Of a stretch of 61,868 nt of DNA, positions 10,081 to 18,372 are shown piece after piece. The first letter of the stretch is position 1; each line of letters begins with the position of its first letter. The notes beneath the pieces are model-generated. The model was not told the origin of the DNA. It searched no databases and saw only the letters and a program-made list of their open reading frames with translations. Source of the DNA: Deltaproteobacteria bacterium (GTDB lineage: Bacteria > Desulfobacterota > Anaeroferrophillalia > Anaeroferrophillales > Tharpellaceae). The stretch lies in the NCBI GenBank assembly GCA_030633185.1, contig DAOVTG010000001.1:1-61868 (forward strand), given 5' to 3'. The translations under genes and the position numbers were made by a program.

Positions 10081-12381
10081 ATGTTGAAGCGATTTATTTT
10101 TATTTTTGCTCTTGTCATTCTGCTTCTTGGGCTCTTTTTTTACCAGGTTCGCCAAGCTGAGATCGAGATTATCAAAGAACGGATAGCCTTGTCTGAAATG
10201 GGTCAGGTCAATTTGCAGGAAAGAGTGCTGACCACTTTTTTTATTGGTCATATCGCCGATGTTGAGATTATCTCCGAGCTTTATGAACTGAAAAAGATCG
10301 CTATGGGAGCCACTGATTACAGCTCTTTAGGGCATGATTTCCTCTCCTTTTCGGGAAAGAGAGGGTGTTATGATCAGATTCGTTACCTTGATAAAAATGG
10401 CTTAGAAAAAATCAGAGTCGATGTAAAGGACGGCAAACCATTATTAGTGGCAAAATTTTTTTTACAGGATAAGTCAGACCGCTACTATTTCGATGCGATC
10501 CTGCAGCTAAAATCCGGGCAAATTTACCTTTCACCTTTAGATCTCAATGTTGAAAAGCTGGAGATTGAGTACCCTTTCAAACCTATGTTGAGAATCGGAA
10601 CTCAGATTGTTGACCAATCTGGCGAATTTCAAGGTGCTTTGATAATCAATTATTTGGCGGCTCCGATGTTGGCGGCTTTCAGGGAATCAAGCCTCGATTC
10701 GTACGGTGAAAACTCCCTCCTCAATTATGAAGGTTTCTGGCTCTCAGCCGAAATCTCAGATGATGAGTGGGGTTTTATGTTGGACGGTTGTCAGACGAAA
10801 AATTTTGCCCGGCGCTATCCATTGGCCTGGAAGGAAATCACCTCCGGGCGGAGTGGTCAACTGGAAAGACCTGCCGGACTCTTTACTTTCTCCACGTTTA
10901 ACCCGGTGGCTTTAAAAAGGGGGGTCTCAACCAGTTACAGCTATCATTTGACGGACGGTTCTCAAGTGGATGAGAGGCATATTTCCTATCCCTGGAAAAT
11001 AGTCTCGCTGGTGACTAAAGCTCGTATGCAAGAGATAATTGCCCAAAAACTAAAAAATAAAGAAGTCCTTTGGCTGGGGCTTTTTGGTTTGCTCTTTCTC
11101 CTTTCAGGGTCTTTGTTGTGGATTTTTCTCAAATACCGGCAAAAAAAGCGGGAGCAGCTGGTGCAGATTGCCCGGATCAATGCCTCCCAGGAAATTGAAA
11201 AAAGTCTTAAAGATGCTAAAGCTGAGGCGGAAAAAAACAGTGCCGCAAAAACCCTCTTCCTCTCGAGTATGAGTCATGAGTTTAGAACCCCGATGAACTC
11301 AATTTTAGGCTTTGCCCAACTCTTGGCCGATGAAGACTCTTTGGGAGCCAGAGAGAGGAATTTTGTCGAAAAGATTCTGGTGTCAGGTGATCACTTAAAG
11401 GTTTTGATCAATGACATTCTCGATTTGGCGAAGATCGAAGCCGGAGCCGTGGAGATCAATCTGGTCGATATCAACCTCTGTTCGACCGTTCATGATCTGG
11501 TCGGTGTGATCGAGTCCCTGGCCAAAGCGCAAGAAATCAAGTTGTTTACCGGAGAACCGGAAACGCGTTATCTGGTCAGAGCTGACTCTTTAAGGTTACA
11601 GCAGATCATCTTGAACCTGCTTGGCAATGCGGTCAAATATAATCGCATTGGCGGTCAGGTGGAACTCTTTTGTACCAAACTTGATGAAGAGTGGGTTCGT
11701 TTTAATGTGGTTGACGATGGCCCCGGGATTGCGCCGGATAAACGTCCTTTTTTGTTTCAGCCTTTTAATCGTTTAGGTGCTGAAACCTCGTCTGTTCAGG
11801 GCTCCGGGATCGGTCTTGTGATCTCTAAAAACCTGACCGAACTGATGGGGTGTCGTCTTGGTTTGCTGGATAAAGATGGTTCTGGATGTCATTTCTATCT
11901 TGATCTGCCAATTGTTGGTGAGGTGCCCTCAGTTGCTCTCAATACTCCGATGCCGGAACTGGAAACCAGCGTTTTTGAATCTTCTGAACTTATGGCAAAA
12001 GAGAACTACTCTTGTACGTTGCTCTATATCGAAGATAATGAGCTTAACCGGATGCTCTTGGCCTCCATCATCGAAAAACGACCCTCTTTTACACTGCTCA
12101 GTGCGGTTGATGGCCGTCAAGGAATTGAGATGGCTTTAAAAGGACTGCCGGATCTTATTTTGGCCGATATCGGGCTGCCTGATATCGATGGTTTTGCGGT
12201 CTTGGATGAACTGCAAAAACACACAGCAACCGGGAAAATTCCGGTTGTCGCTCTAAGTGGTAATGCCTCAAAAGAAGATATCGAGAAAGCCTATGCCGCA
12301 GGTTTTGTCGGCTATCTGACCAAGCCCATCAATGTCGGTCACCTTTTTGAAACGATAGATGAGATTCTACTGAAAACTTAA
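10081..12381 (+). CDS. Hybrid sensor histidine kinase/response regulator (periplasmic sensor, HisKA, HATPase_c, REC)
   Basis: N-terminal TM, about 300-aa extracytoplasmic region, second TM, H-box SHEFRTPMNSILGF, N/G boxes (GNAVKYN, DDGPGI, GSGIGL), C-terminal REC (LLYIEDNELN...LADIGLPDIDG...TKP). The ATG at 10081 (MLKRFIF) is preferred; the tracked GTG at 10057 lies inside the repeat box. Confidence 0.85.
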   Translation: MLKRFIFIFALVILLLGLFFYQVRQAEIEIIKERIALSEMGQVNLQERVLTTFFIGHIADVEIISELYELKKIAMGATDYSSLGHDFLSFSGKRGCYDQIRYLDKNGLEKIRVDVKDGKPLLVAKFFLQDKSDRYYFDAILQLKSGQIYLSPLDLNVEKLEIEYPFKPMLRIGTQIVDQSGEFQGALIINYLAAPMLAAFRESSLDSYGENSLLNYEGFWLSAEISDDEWGFMLDGCQTKNFARRYPLAWKEITSGRSGQLERPAGLFTFSTFNPVALKRGVSTSYSYHLTDGSQVDERHISYPWKIVSLVTKARMQEIIAQKLKNKEVLWLGLFGLLFLLSGSLLWIFLKYRQKKREQLVQIARINASQEIEKSLKDAKAEAEKNSAAKTLFLSSMSHEFRTPMNSILGFAQLLADEDSLGARERNFVEKILVSGDHLKVLINDILDLAKIEAGAVEINLVDINLCSTVHDLVGVIESLAKAQEIKLFTGEPETRYLVRADSLRLQQIILNLLGNAVKYNRIGGQVELFCTKLDEEWVRFNVVDDGPGIAPDKRPFLFQPFNRLGAETSSVQGSGIGLVISKNLTELMGCRLGLLDKDGSGCHFYLDLPIVGEVPSVALNTPMPELETSVFESSELMAKENYSCTLLYIEDNELNRMLLASIIEKRPSFTLLSAVDGRQGIEMALKGLPDLILADIGLPDIDGFAVLDELQKHTATGKIPVVALSGNASKEDIEKAYAAGFVGYLTKPINVGHLFETIDEILLKT

Positions 12382-12399
12382 TTTTTGGAGAGGATTGTA

Positions 12400-13524
12400 A
12401 TGTTTTTACCTGAAGGACTTACTGCTGCCAGAATTCTGATTATCGATGATAATGAATTTAATGTTCAGCTCTTGGAAGCTGTGGTTACCGAGGCGGGTTA
12501 TAGCTCAGTGTTGAGTATTACCGATTCCCGGAAGGCCGAGGATATTTATCGGGCCTATCAACCGGATCTGGTGCTGCTTGATATCAGTATGCCTAACCTT
12601 GACGGTCATCAGGTGATGGAGCAATTCAAAAAAATCGAGAAATCTCCCTACCTTCCGGTTTTGGTTTTAACCGCCTTGCAAGATGATGAAACCCGGCTTA
12701 AAGCCCTGGCGAACGGAGCTCAGGATTTCCTGACCAAACCCTTTAACAGACTTGAAACCCTGACCCGAATAAAAAATATACTGACCGTCAGGCTCCTGCA
12801 CCGGCAGGTAAAAAAACAGAATGAGGAGCTTGAAATAAAGGTCAAAGAGAGAACTAAAGAGTTGCAGGAGACCCGGCTTGAGATTATCCGGCGTTTAGGC
12901 CGGGCTGCAGAATATAAAGATAATGAGACCGGTTTTCATATTATTCGGATGAGCAAGAGCTGCGCTCGCCTCGGTGAACTTGCCGGTTTAAGTGAGGCCG
13001 AGGTCGAGCTCGTTCTTAATACCAGTCCGATGCACGATATCGGTAAAATTGCGATTCCCGATATAATTCTTTTGAAACCGGGGGCGCTTGACCGTAAAGA
13101 GTGGGAGAGAATGAAACAACACCCTCTGACTGGCTACAGCTTACTTGAAGGTCACGACTCAGAACTGATGCTCTCAGCTCGTGAAATTGCGCTGACTCAT
13201 CACGAAAAATGGGATGGTAAAGGTTATCCTCAGAACTTAAAGGGGAGCGAGATTCCTTTCAACGGCCGCCTGGCCGGGATCGCCGATGTTTTCGACGCCT
13301 TGACTTCAAAAAGACCCTATAAAGATCCCTATCCGGTGAGCAAAGTGGTAGAGATTTTCAAATCGGAACGGGAGAAACACTTTGATCCCGAATTAACCGA
13401 TCTTTTCCTCCAGAATATTGATGATTTTGTCACCATAAAAGATACTTTTCCTGAAGTTGAAGCGGAGGTCGAAAACGGATATTTTCAATTAAGTGACAGG
13501 GATAAAAATGAAAAAAAAGAGTAA
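12400..13524 (+). CDS. Response regulator with HD-GYP c-di-GMP phosphodiesterase domain (RpfG-like)
   Basis: REC (ILIIDDNEFN, LLDISMPNLDG, TKP) followed by HDIGKIAIPD and HHEKWDGKGYPQ. Confidence 0.85.
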   Translation: MFLPEGLTAARILIIDDNEFNVQLLEAVVTEAGYSSVLSITDSRKAEDIYRAYQPDLVLLDISMPNLDGHQVMEQFKKIEKSPYLPVLVLTALQDDETRLKALANGAQDFLTKPFNRLETLTRIKNILTVRLLHRQVKKQNEELEIKVKERTKELQETRLEIIRRLGRAAEYKDNETGFHIIRMSKSCARLGELAGLSEAEVELVLNTSPMHDIGKIAIPDIILLKPGALDRKEWERMKQHPLTGYSLLEGHDSELMLSAREIALTHHEKWDGKGYPQNLKGSEIPFNGRLAGIADVFDALTSKRPYKDPYPVSKVVEIFKSEREKHFDPELTDLFLQNIDDFVTIKDTFPEVEAEVENGYFQLSDRDKNEKKE

Positions 13525-16171
13525 CCTTATTTATTTGATACCTGCACTCCTGGTTATTATATTAGGGTTTTGTGGAAGTATTTTATGGTTCATTGGTCAA
13601 CATAAAACCAGTGTCGGGGAGATATCTCTCTATCAGCGTTTTTTAGAAGAGAAGGGCAAAGCTGAACATAATAATTTTCTCCAGATTCAAGGGGTTGTCG
13701 GTCTCTTGGCTGAAAATCGGAAGATTATAGAATTGCTTGATGGAAACCTTCAAAAAACATCGTTAGAAGATGAACTGTTCAAAGAATATCTCAATCAGGA
13801 GTTGCGCGAAATTGCTAATCTCCCACATTTTACAGTGGCTGCGGTTTTTGATCGTAAAGGTACCTGTATTCTTTCAAGCGTAAAAAAAGCCATTGGTAAA
13901 AATTACAGTTTTCGTCCCTATTTTCAGCAGGCACTAAAGCAAGAATATGGCCTTTATGCGGCCATGGGAGTTGCTGATAAAACTCTGGGGATCTACTATT
14001 CCGTGCCGATCCGCAGAAAGGATGAGGTCATGGGGGTGGCGATGGTCAAATTTCGGCCCAGCTTTTTTGGCGCAGACCCGCTAACGGCCTATAAGAGAGT
14101 CAGAAGTGATGCAAATACGCTTACTGTTGGTATCGCTTTGCAGGATGGTGTCTTTTTTTCGACCAAAAATAAAAAACTCTACACCCTCTCCCCCTTGCCC
14201 GCAGAAGAGATCGTCCGCATGGTCGATGAGCGACGTTTTCCTGAAGAGGCTATTAATGCCTTACACTTTCCCGGCCCCAGCTGGCAGAACTTAAAACGGC
14301 AAGGTTTTATTCGCTTAACTGATGATTCAACTAAGAAAACCTATCTTCTTTTTCTTGAATCAATCTTTAATCGGGATCTTTTTTTACTCCATTTGATAGA
14401 AGAGAGCTATTTTAAACGGGCCTATAACTCTTTAAGCCAAAGCCAAAAATATCTGCAGATGATTCTACTTGCGGTTTTGGCATTGCTTTTGGGAGCACTT
14501 ATCTTTAATACTCGACGTCACTTGCAATTTAAACGAGCAACAGAAGATCTTGTCAGAGAGAAAGATAGTCATACCCACTCTATTGTTCGGCAGGAAGAGC
14601 TTTCGCATCTCCTCTACACCGCCCTTGAACAGAGTGCCAGTTCCATTGTTATTACCGATCTCGAAGGGGAAATTGAGTACGTCAACAAAGCAACCTGTTT
14701 GATGACCGGTTATAGTCGCAATGAACTGTTGGGGAAAAACCCCAGGGTTTTAAAATCTGACGAGCATGATCCCGCTTTCTATGCGGATATCTGGGGTACT
14801 ATCACCAGTGGCAAGACTTGGCGCGGTAGAATTTGCAATCGGCGTAAAGATGGCGTTCTCTATTGGGGCGAGGTCTTTATCTCCCCGATTCTCAATCGCA
14901 CCGAGACTATTACTCACTATCTCGCCATTAAAAATGATATTACCGAGCGCTTGGTGATGGAGCATGAGTTGCGAAAAGCTCTTGTCCAGGCTGAAGCTGC
15001 AAACCAGGCAAAATCAGAATTTCTGGCCAATATGAGTCATGAGATTCGCACACCCATGAATGCGGTCATCGGCATGAGCCGCTTGGCGCTTGAGAGCAAG
15101 CTAACCAAAGAGCAAAGTAATTTAATCTCATCTGTTTATAGCTCCGCCGCCGGTTTGTTGGCCTTACTTAATGATATTCTCGATCTTTCAAAGATCGAAG
15201 CGGGCCAATTGACGCTGGAAAACAGCTCTTTTTCACTTTTCTCATTGATCAAACTGCTGCAAGATACGATGCAGCAGTTAGCTGATGAAAAAGGGGTGTC
15301 ATTTCAGGTTATGGCAGAGTACGAGGCTCTGACCGACCATCTTATGGGTGATGAACTCAGGTTGCGTCAAATCCTCATAAATCTGGTCAACAATGCCATA
15401 AAATTTACTGAAAAAGGGTCGGTTAAGTTAGAAGTTATGGCGCTTCATAACGAACTTGATGACACCGTTAAACAGACGCTTAGTTTTTCGGTTACTGATA
15501 CCGGCATCGGTATCTCAGCGGAGAAACTTGACCACATCTTTGACAATTTCAGCCAGGCCGATAATACTACGGCTCGAAAATACGGTGGCAGCGGACTCGG
15601 TTTGGCAATCTCCAAAAAGTTGGTTGAGATGATGGGAGGAAGTTTGGTTGTGACCAGTGAAGTCGGCAGCGGCTCAACCTTCTCTTTTTCTCTTCAAGTG
15701 AAAAAAGGATTAGGCTCCCCTCCGGTTTTAATTGAGAAAGAGGGGCAACTCCACCGCTATCTGCCGGTGTCGGAAAAGAGTGCGGTTGCACCTAAAGCAA
15801 CTCTCTCAACCTCACCTGAAAAGCTCTCTTCAGAAAATGAAAAAGTAGTATCTTCCTTGCCGGAGATAATCTTCCAATACCTAAAAAAAGAGTATCAGTT
15901 AGAAGACGAACAGATAGAGTCGTTAATCGAGGTCTCACGGCAAAATATGCACAAAAATCTGGAGTTATTGCAAAAAGAGTGTGAAACTGAAAATTTCGAC
16001 GCTATTAAACAAAGCGCCCACGCCTTGAAAGGAATTCTTCTGAACATGGGCCTTAAAGTTCAGGCTGAATATGTCCTGAAAGTTGAACGTGAAGCGTTGT
16101 CTGAAAACGCAGCCGGCTGCCGGAAACTGGTGGTTGGTTTGTTGGATGAGCTACAAGGATTTATCCTATGA
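13508..16171 (+). CDS. Sensor histidine kinase with extracytoplasmic Cache/PDC-like domain, PAS, HisKA, HATPase_c and C-terminal Hpt
   Basis: TM, periplasmic region and TM; PAS (SSIVITDLEGEIEYVNKA...); H-box [14 protein letters not shown]; G-boxes; terminal Hpt (QSAHALKGILLNMGL). The start MKKKSNL at 13508 overlaps the HD-GYP gene end. Confidence 0.85.
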   Translation: MKKKSNLIYLIPALLVIILGFCGSILWFIGQHKTSVGEISLYQRFLEEKGKAEHNNFLQIQGVVGLLAENRKIIELLDGNLQKTSLEDELFKEYLNQELREIANLPHFTVAAVFDRKGTCILSSVKKAIGKNYSFRPYFQQALKQEYGLYAAMGVADKTLGIYYSVPIRRKDEVMGVAMVKFRPSFFGADPLTAYKRVRSDANTLTVGIALQDGVFFSTKNKKLYTLSPLPAEEIVRMVDERRFPEEAINALHFPGPSWQNLKRQGFIRLTDDSTKKTYLLFLESIFNRDLFLLHLIEESYFKRAYNSLSQSQKYLQMILLAVLALLLGALIFNTRRHLQFKRATEDLVREKDSHTHSIVRQEELSHLLYTALEQSASSIVITDLEGEIEYVNKATCLMTGYSRNELLGKNPRVLKSDEHDPAFYADIWGTITSGKTWRGRICNRRKDGVLYWGEVFISPILNRTETITHYLAIKNDITERLVMEHELRKALVQAEAANQAKSEFLANMSHEIRTPMNAVIGMSRLALESKLTKEQSNLISSVYSSAAGLLALLNDILDLSKIEAGQLTLENSSFSLFSLIKLLQDTMQQLADEKGVSFQVMAEYEALTDHLMGDELRLRQILINLVNNAIKFTEKGSVKLEVMALHNELDDTVKQTLSFSVTDTGIGISAEKLDHIFDNFSQADNTTARKYGGSGLGLAISKKLVEMMGGSLVVTSEVGSGSTFSFSLQVKKGLGSPPVLIEKEGQLHRYLPVSEKSAVAPKATLSTSPEKLSSENEKVVSSLPEIIFQYLKKEYQLEDEQIESLIEVSRQNMHKNLELLQKECETENFDAIKQSAHALKGILLNMGLKVQAEYVLKVEREALSENAAGCRKLVVGLLDELQGFIL

Positions 16172-17541
16172 TTTTAAATATAAGACTAAAAATTATTTTG
16201 TTATTATGTTTTGTTTTCACTAATATGTTGATATTTGCCCTCACGGAAATCAACGGAAGACAAAGAATTAAATTGGCAATCAATGCCAATTTGCAAGATT
16301 TACAGACACAGTTTGAGGTGATAAATCGATTTCATGAAATAGATGCGAGATCTATATATCTCTCAACCCAAAGCAACCAAAAAGTTCAAGAGATATTATT
16401 ACAGTTAAAGGATGCTGATAAGAAAAAAAAGGATATCCTGAGGGTAGAATTACTTAACCAATTAAAACAAAAATATGAGTACCTGAGATTTAGAGGAGTA
16501 TATCAATATCATTTTGTCATGCCGGATAATACAACTTTCTTGAGAATGCATAACCCTGAAAAATATGATGATTACTTGGGTGAAGTAAGATATTCATTTT
16601 ATAATACCAACAAAACACATAAACCAACGATTGGATTTGAACGGGGGAAAACTGCCCACGCATTTAGAAACACCTACCCTGTCTTTGACAAAGACGGCAA
16701 TTATCTGTGTGCTTTGGATATTGGATATGGTTCTGAAGTTATACAAGACCACCTGACTCAAGTAAGCCATCTTCATACGCATTTTTTAGTACATAAAAAT
16801 GTCTTAAGTGCAAGAATATGGAAAAGAAAATGGCTTAACCTAGATTATATCCAGAGTATCGAAAATGAAAACTATCTGTTTGCAATAACGAAAGAGCATT
16901 CAGAGGCAAAACTGAAAAGAACAAATCAATTTTTAACAGAAGCTCATAAAAAAGATATAAAAGAAAAAATGAACTCAGGAAAAAGTTTTGGCATATATTT
17001 TTTGCAGGATAAAGAATCTATGATAGTGTCTTTTGTGCCAATACTTAACATAAGGGATAAAAAAGTAGTTTCATATTTAGTTTCATACAAGCCCAGCAAA
17101 TTTATTGACAGCACATTATTGTTTATCAACATAGTTAGATCTGTCTTTTTGTTATTATTATTAGTACTCTTTTATTTTATTTATGAAAATGAACTTGCCA
17201 TCATAAAAGAGAGAGATTTTAGCTTTGAGCTTGAACGAAAAGTTGAAAAAAGAACTTATGAACTTGGAATTCAGAAACGCGAAGCAGAAGAGGCACATGA
17301 AAAAATTGACATTCGCAACAAGGAACTTAACGAAGCGTTATCAAAAGTTAAATTACTGAGTGGTATTATCCCAATATGTGCTTCGTGCAAAAAAATACGT
17401 GACGACGATGGTTATTGGAACCAAGTTGAGGCTTATATCAGAGACCGTTCAATGGCAGAGTTTAGCCATGGTATTTGTCCAGAATGTAAAAAAAAGTTGT
17501 ACCCTGAATTTTGTGACAATGAGGTTGATGAACAGAAATGA
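16168..17541 (+). CDS. Membrane sensor: single-Cache-like domain, TM, coiled coil, C-terminal Cys4 (CxxC...H.x.CPxC) module; no recognisable catalytic output
   Basis: Cache-like core (YQYHFVMPDNTTFLRMHNPEKYDDYLGEVR...GFERGKTAHAFRNTYPVF), TM (VFLLLLLVLFYFIY), coiled coil, then IPICASCKKIRDDDGYWNQVEAYIRDRSMAEFSHGICPECKKK. ATGA overlap with the upstream kinase. Visibly AT-rich. Confidence 0.6.
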   Translation: MILNIRLKIILLLCFVFTNMLIFALTEINGRQRIKLAINANLQDLQTQFEVINRFHEIDARSIYLSTQSNQKVQEILLQLKDADKKKKDILRVELLNQLKQKYEYLRFRGVYQYHFVMPDNTTFLRMHNPEKYDDYLGEVRYSFYNTNKTHKPTIGFERGKTAHAFRNTYPVFDKDGNYLCALDIGYGSEVIQDHLTQVSHLHTHFLVHKNVLSARIWKRKWLNLDYIQSIENENYLFAITKEHSEAKLKRTNQFLTEAHKKDIKEKMNSGKSFGIYFLQDKESMIVSFVPILNIRDKKVVSYLVSYKPSKFIDSTLLFINIVRSVFLLLLLVLFYFIYENELAIIKERDFSFELERKVEKRTYELGIQKREAEEAHEKIDIRNKELNEALSKVKLLSGIIPICASCKKIRDDDGYWNQVEAYIRDRSMAEFSHGICPECKKKLYPEFCDNEVDEQK

Positions 17542-17557
17542 TCCAACAAAATGAAAA

Positions 17558-17707
17558 ATGCGGATTTTAATTGTCGATGATGAACCCGCTAACGTCTCTA
17601 TCTTGGGTAATCTTCTTGAGAATGATTATACTGTTATGGTTGCCATGAACGGCAAAATTTTTGACCATCTCTCAGGAGTATCAAGTCAGAAAGGAGAATC
17701 AAAATGA
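17558..17707 (+). pseudogene. Truncated response-regulator receiver remnant (first ~33 aa of a REC domain, then out-of-family tail)
   Basis: MRILIVDDEPANVSILGNLLENDYTVMVAMNGK matches beta1-alpha1-beta2 of REC, then IFDHLSGVSSQKGESK and a stop. The phospho-acceptor Asp region is absent. At 49 codons it is below the track cutoff. Confidence 0.55.
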
Positions 17708-18351
17708 TTAAAAAAGGAGTTGTTTGGGCGATTGTTCTGTTAGCAATCACATTTTCAGTGGCGGCGGCCTCAGATTATGTCCCTTTTGTCAAAAAAAACG
17801 TAACAATTGAGACGCTTAAACAGTTACAGCTTGGTGGTTTTGTGCTTTATTTGCGGCATGGCCCGACCGATACTTCACGTCCTGATCGAGTGCCTCGGGT
17901 CGATCTTGACGATTGTTCGACTCAGAGACCGCTTACCGAGGCGGGGCGGGCTGAGGCTGCGGCCGTGGGTCAAGCCCTGCGCCAAGCCAAGATTCCGATT
18001 GGCGAGGTTCAATCCAGCCCGATGTGCAGAACCAAAGAATCGGCAATCGCAGCTTTTGCCAAAGAACCGGTAATAAACCATGATCTAATGTACACCTCCA
18101 ATCTGACCAGCTCGGAGAAGGTGCCTAAAATTAAGACGCTGCGTCGGCTTCTCTCAACCCCGGTAGCCGCTGGAGCCAACCTGGTATTGGTTGCCCATGC
18201 CCCGAATTTGATGGATGTTATGGGCTATTTTGTTAAACCGGAAGCCACCGTTGTGGTCTTTAAGCCGTTAGGCCAACAGGGTTTTGAATATCTTGGTTCA
18301 ATTGAACCGTCACAATGGCAGGGACTTCTTGAAGACTTAGCCATCTCGTGA
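17704..18351 (+). CDS. Secreted histidine phosphatase superfamily (phosphoglycerate-mutase-like/SixA-like) protein
   Basis: Signal peptide (VWAIVLLAITFSVAAA), catalytic RHG motif (LYLRHGPTD), later VLVAHAPN (the second catalytic His). Confidence 0.75.
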   Translation: MIKKGVVWAIVLLAITFSVAAASDYVPFVKKNVTIETLKQLQLGGFVLYLRHGPTDTSRPDRVPRVDLDDCSTQRPLTEAGRAEAAAVGQALRQAKIPIGEVQSSPMCRTKESAIAAFAKEPVINHDLMYTSNLTSSEKVPKIKTLRRLLSTPVAAGANLVLVAHAPNLMDVMGYFVKPEATVVVFKPLGQQGFEYLGSIEPSQWQGLLEDLAIS

Positions 18352-18369
18352 CTTTTTACGAGGGCATCA
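18337..18369 (+). repeat. 33-nt box TTAGCCATCTCGTGACTTTTTACGAGGGCATCA (copy C)
   Basis: Near-identical to 10046-10078. It spans the stop codon of the phosphatase gene and ends 3 nt before the ATG of the next kinase. Confidence 0.6.
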
Positions 18370-18372
18370 ACC

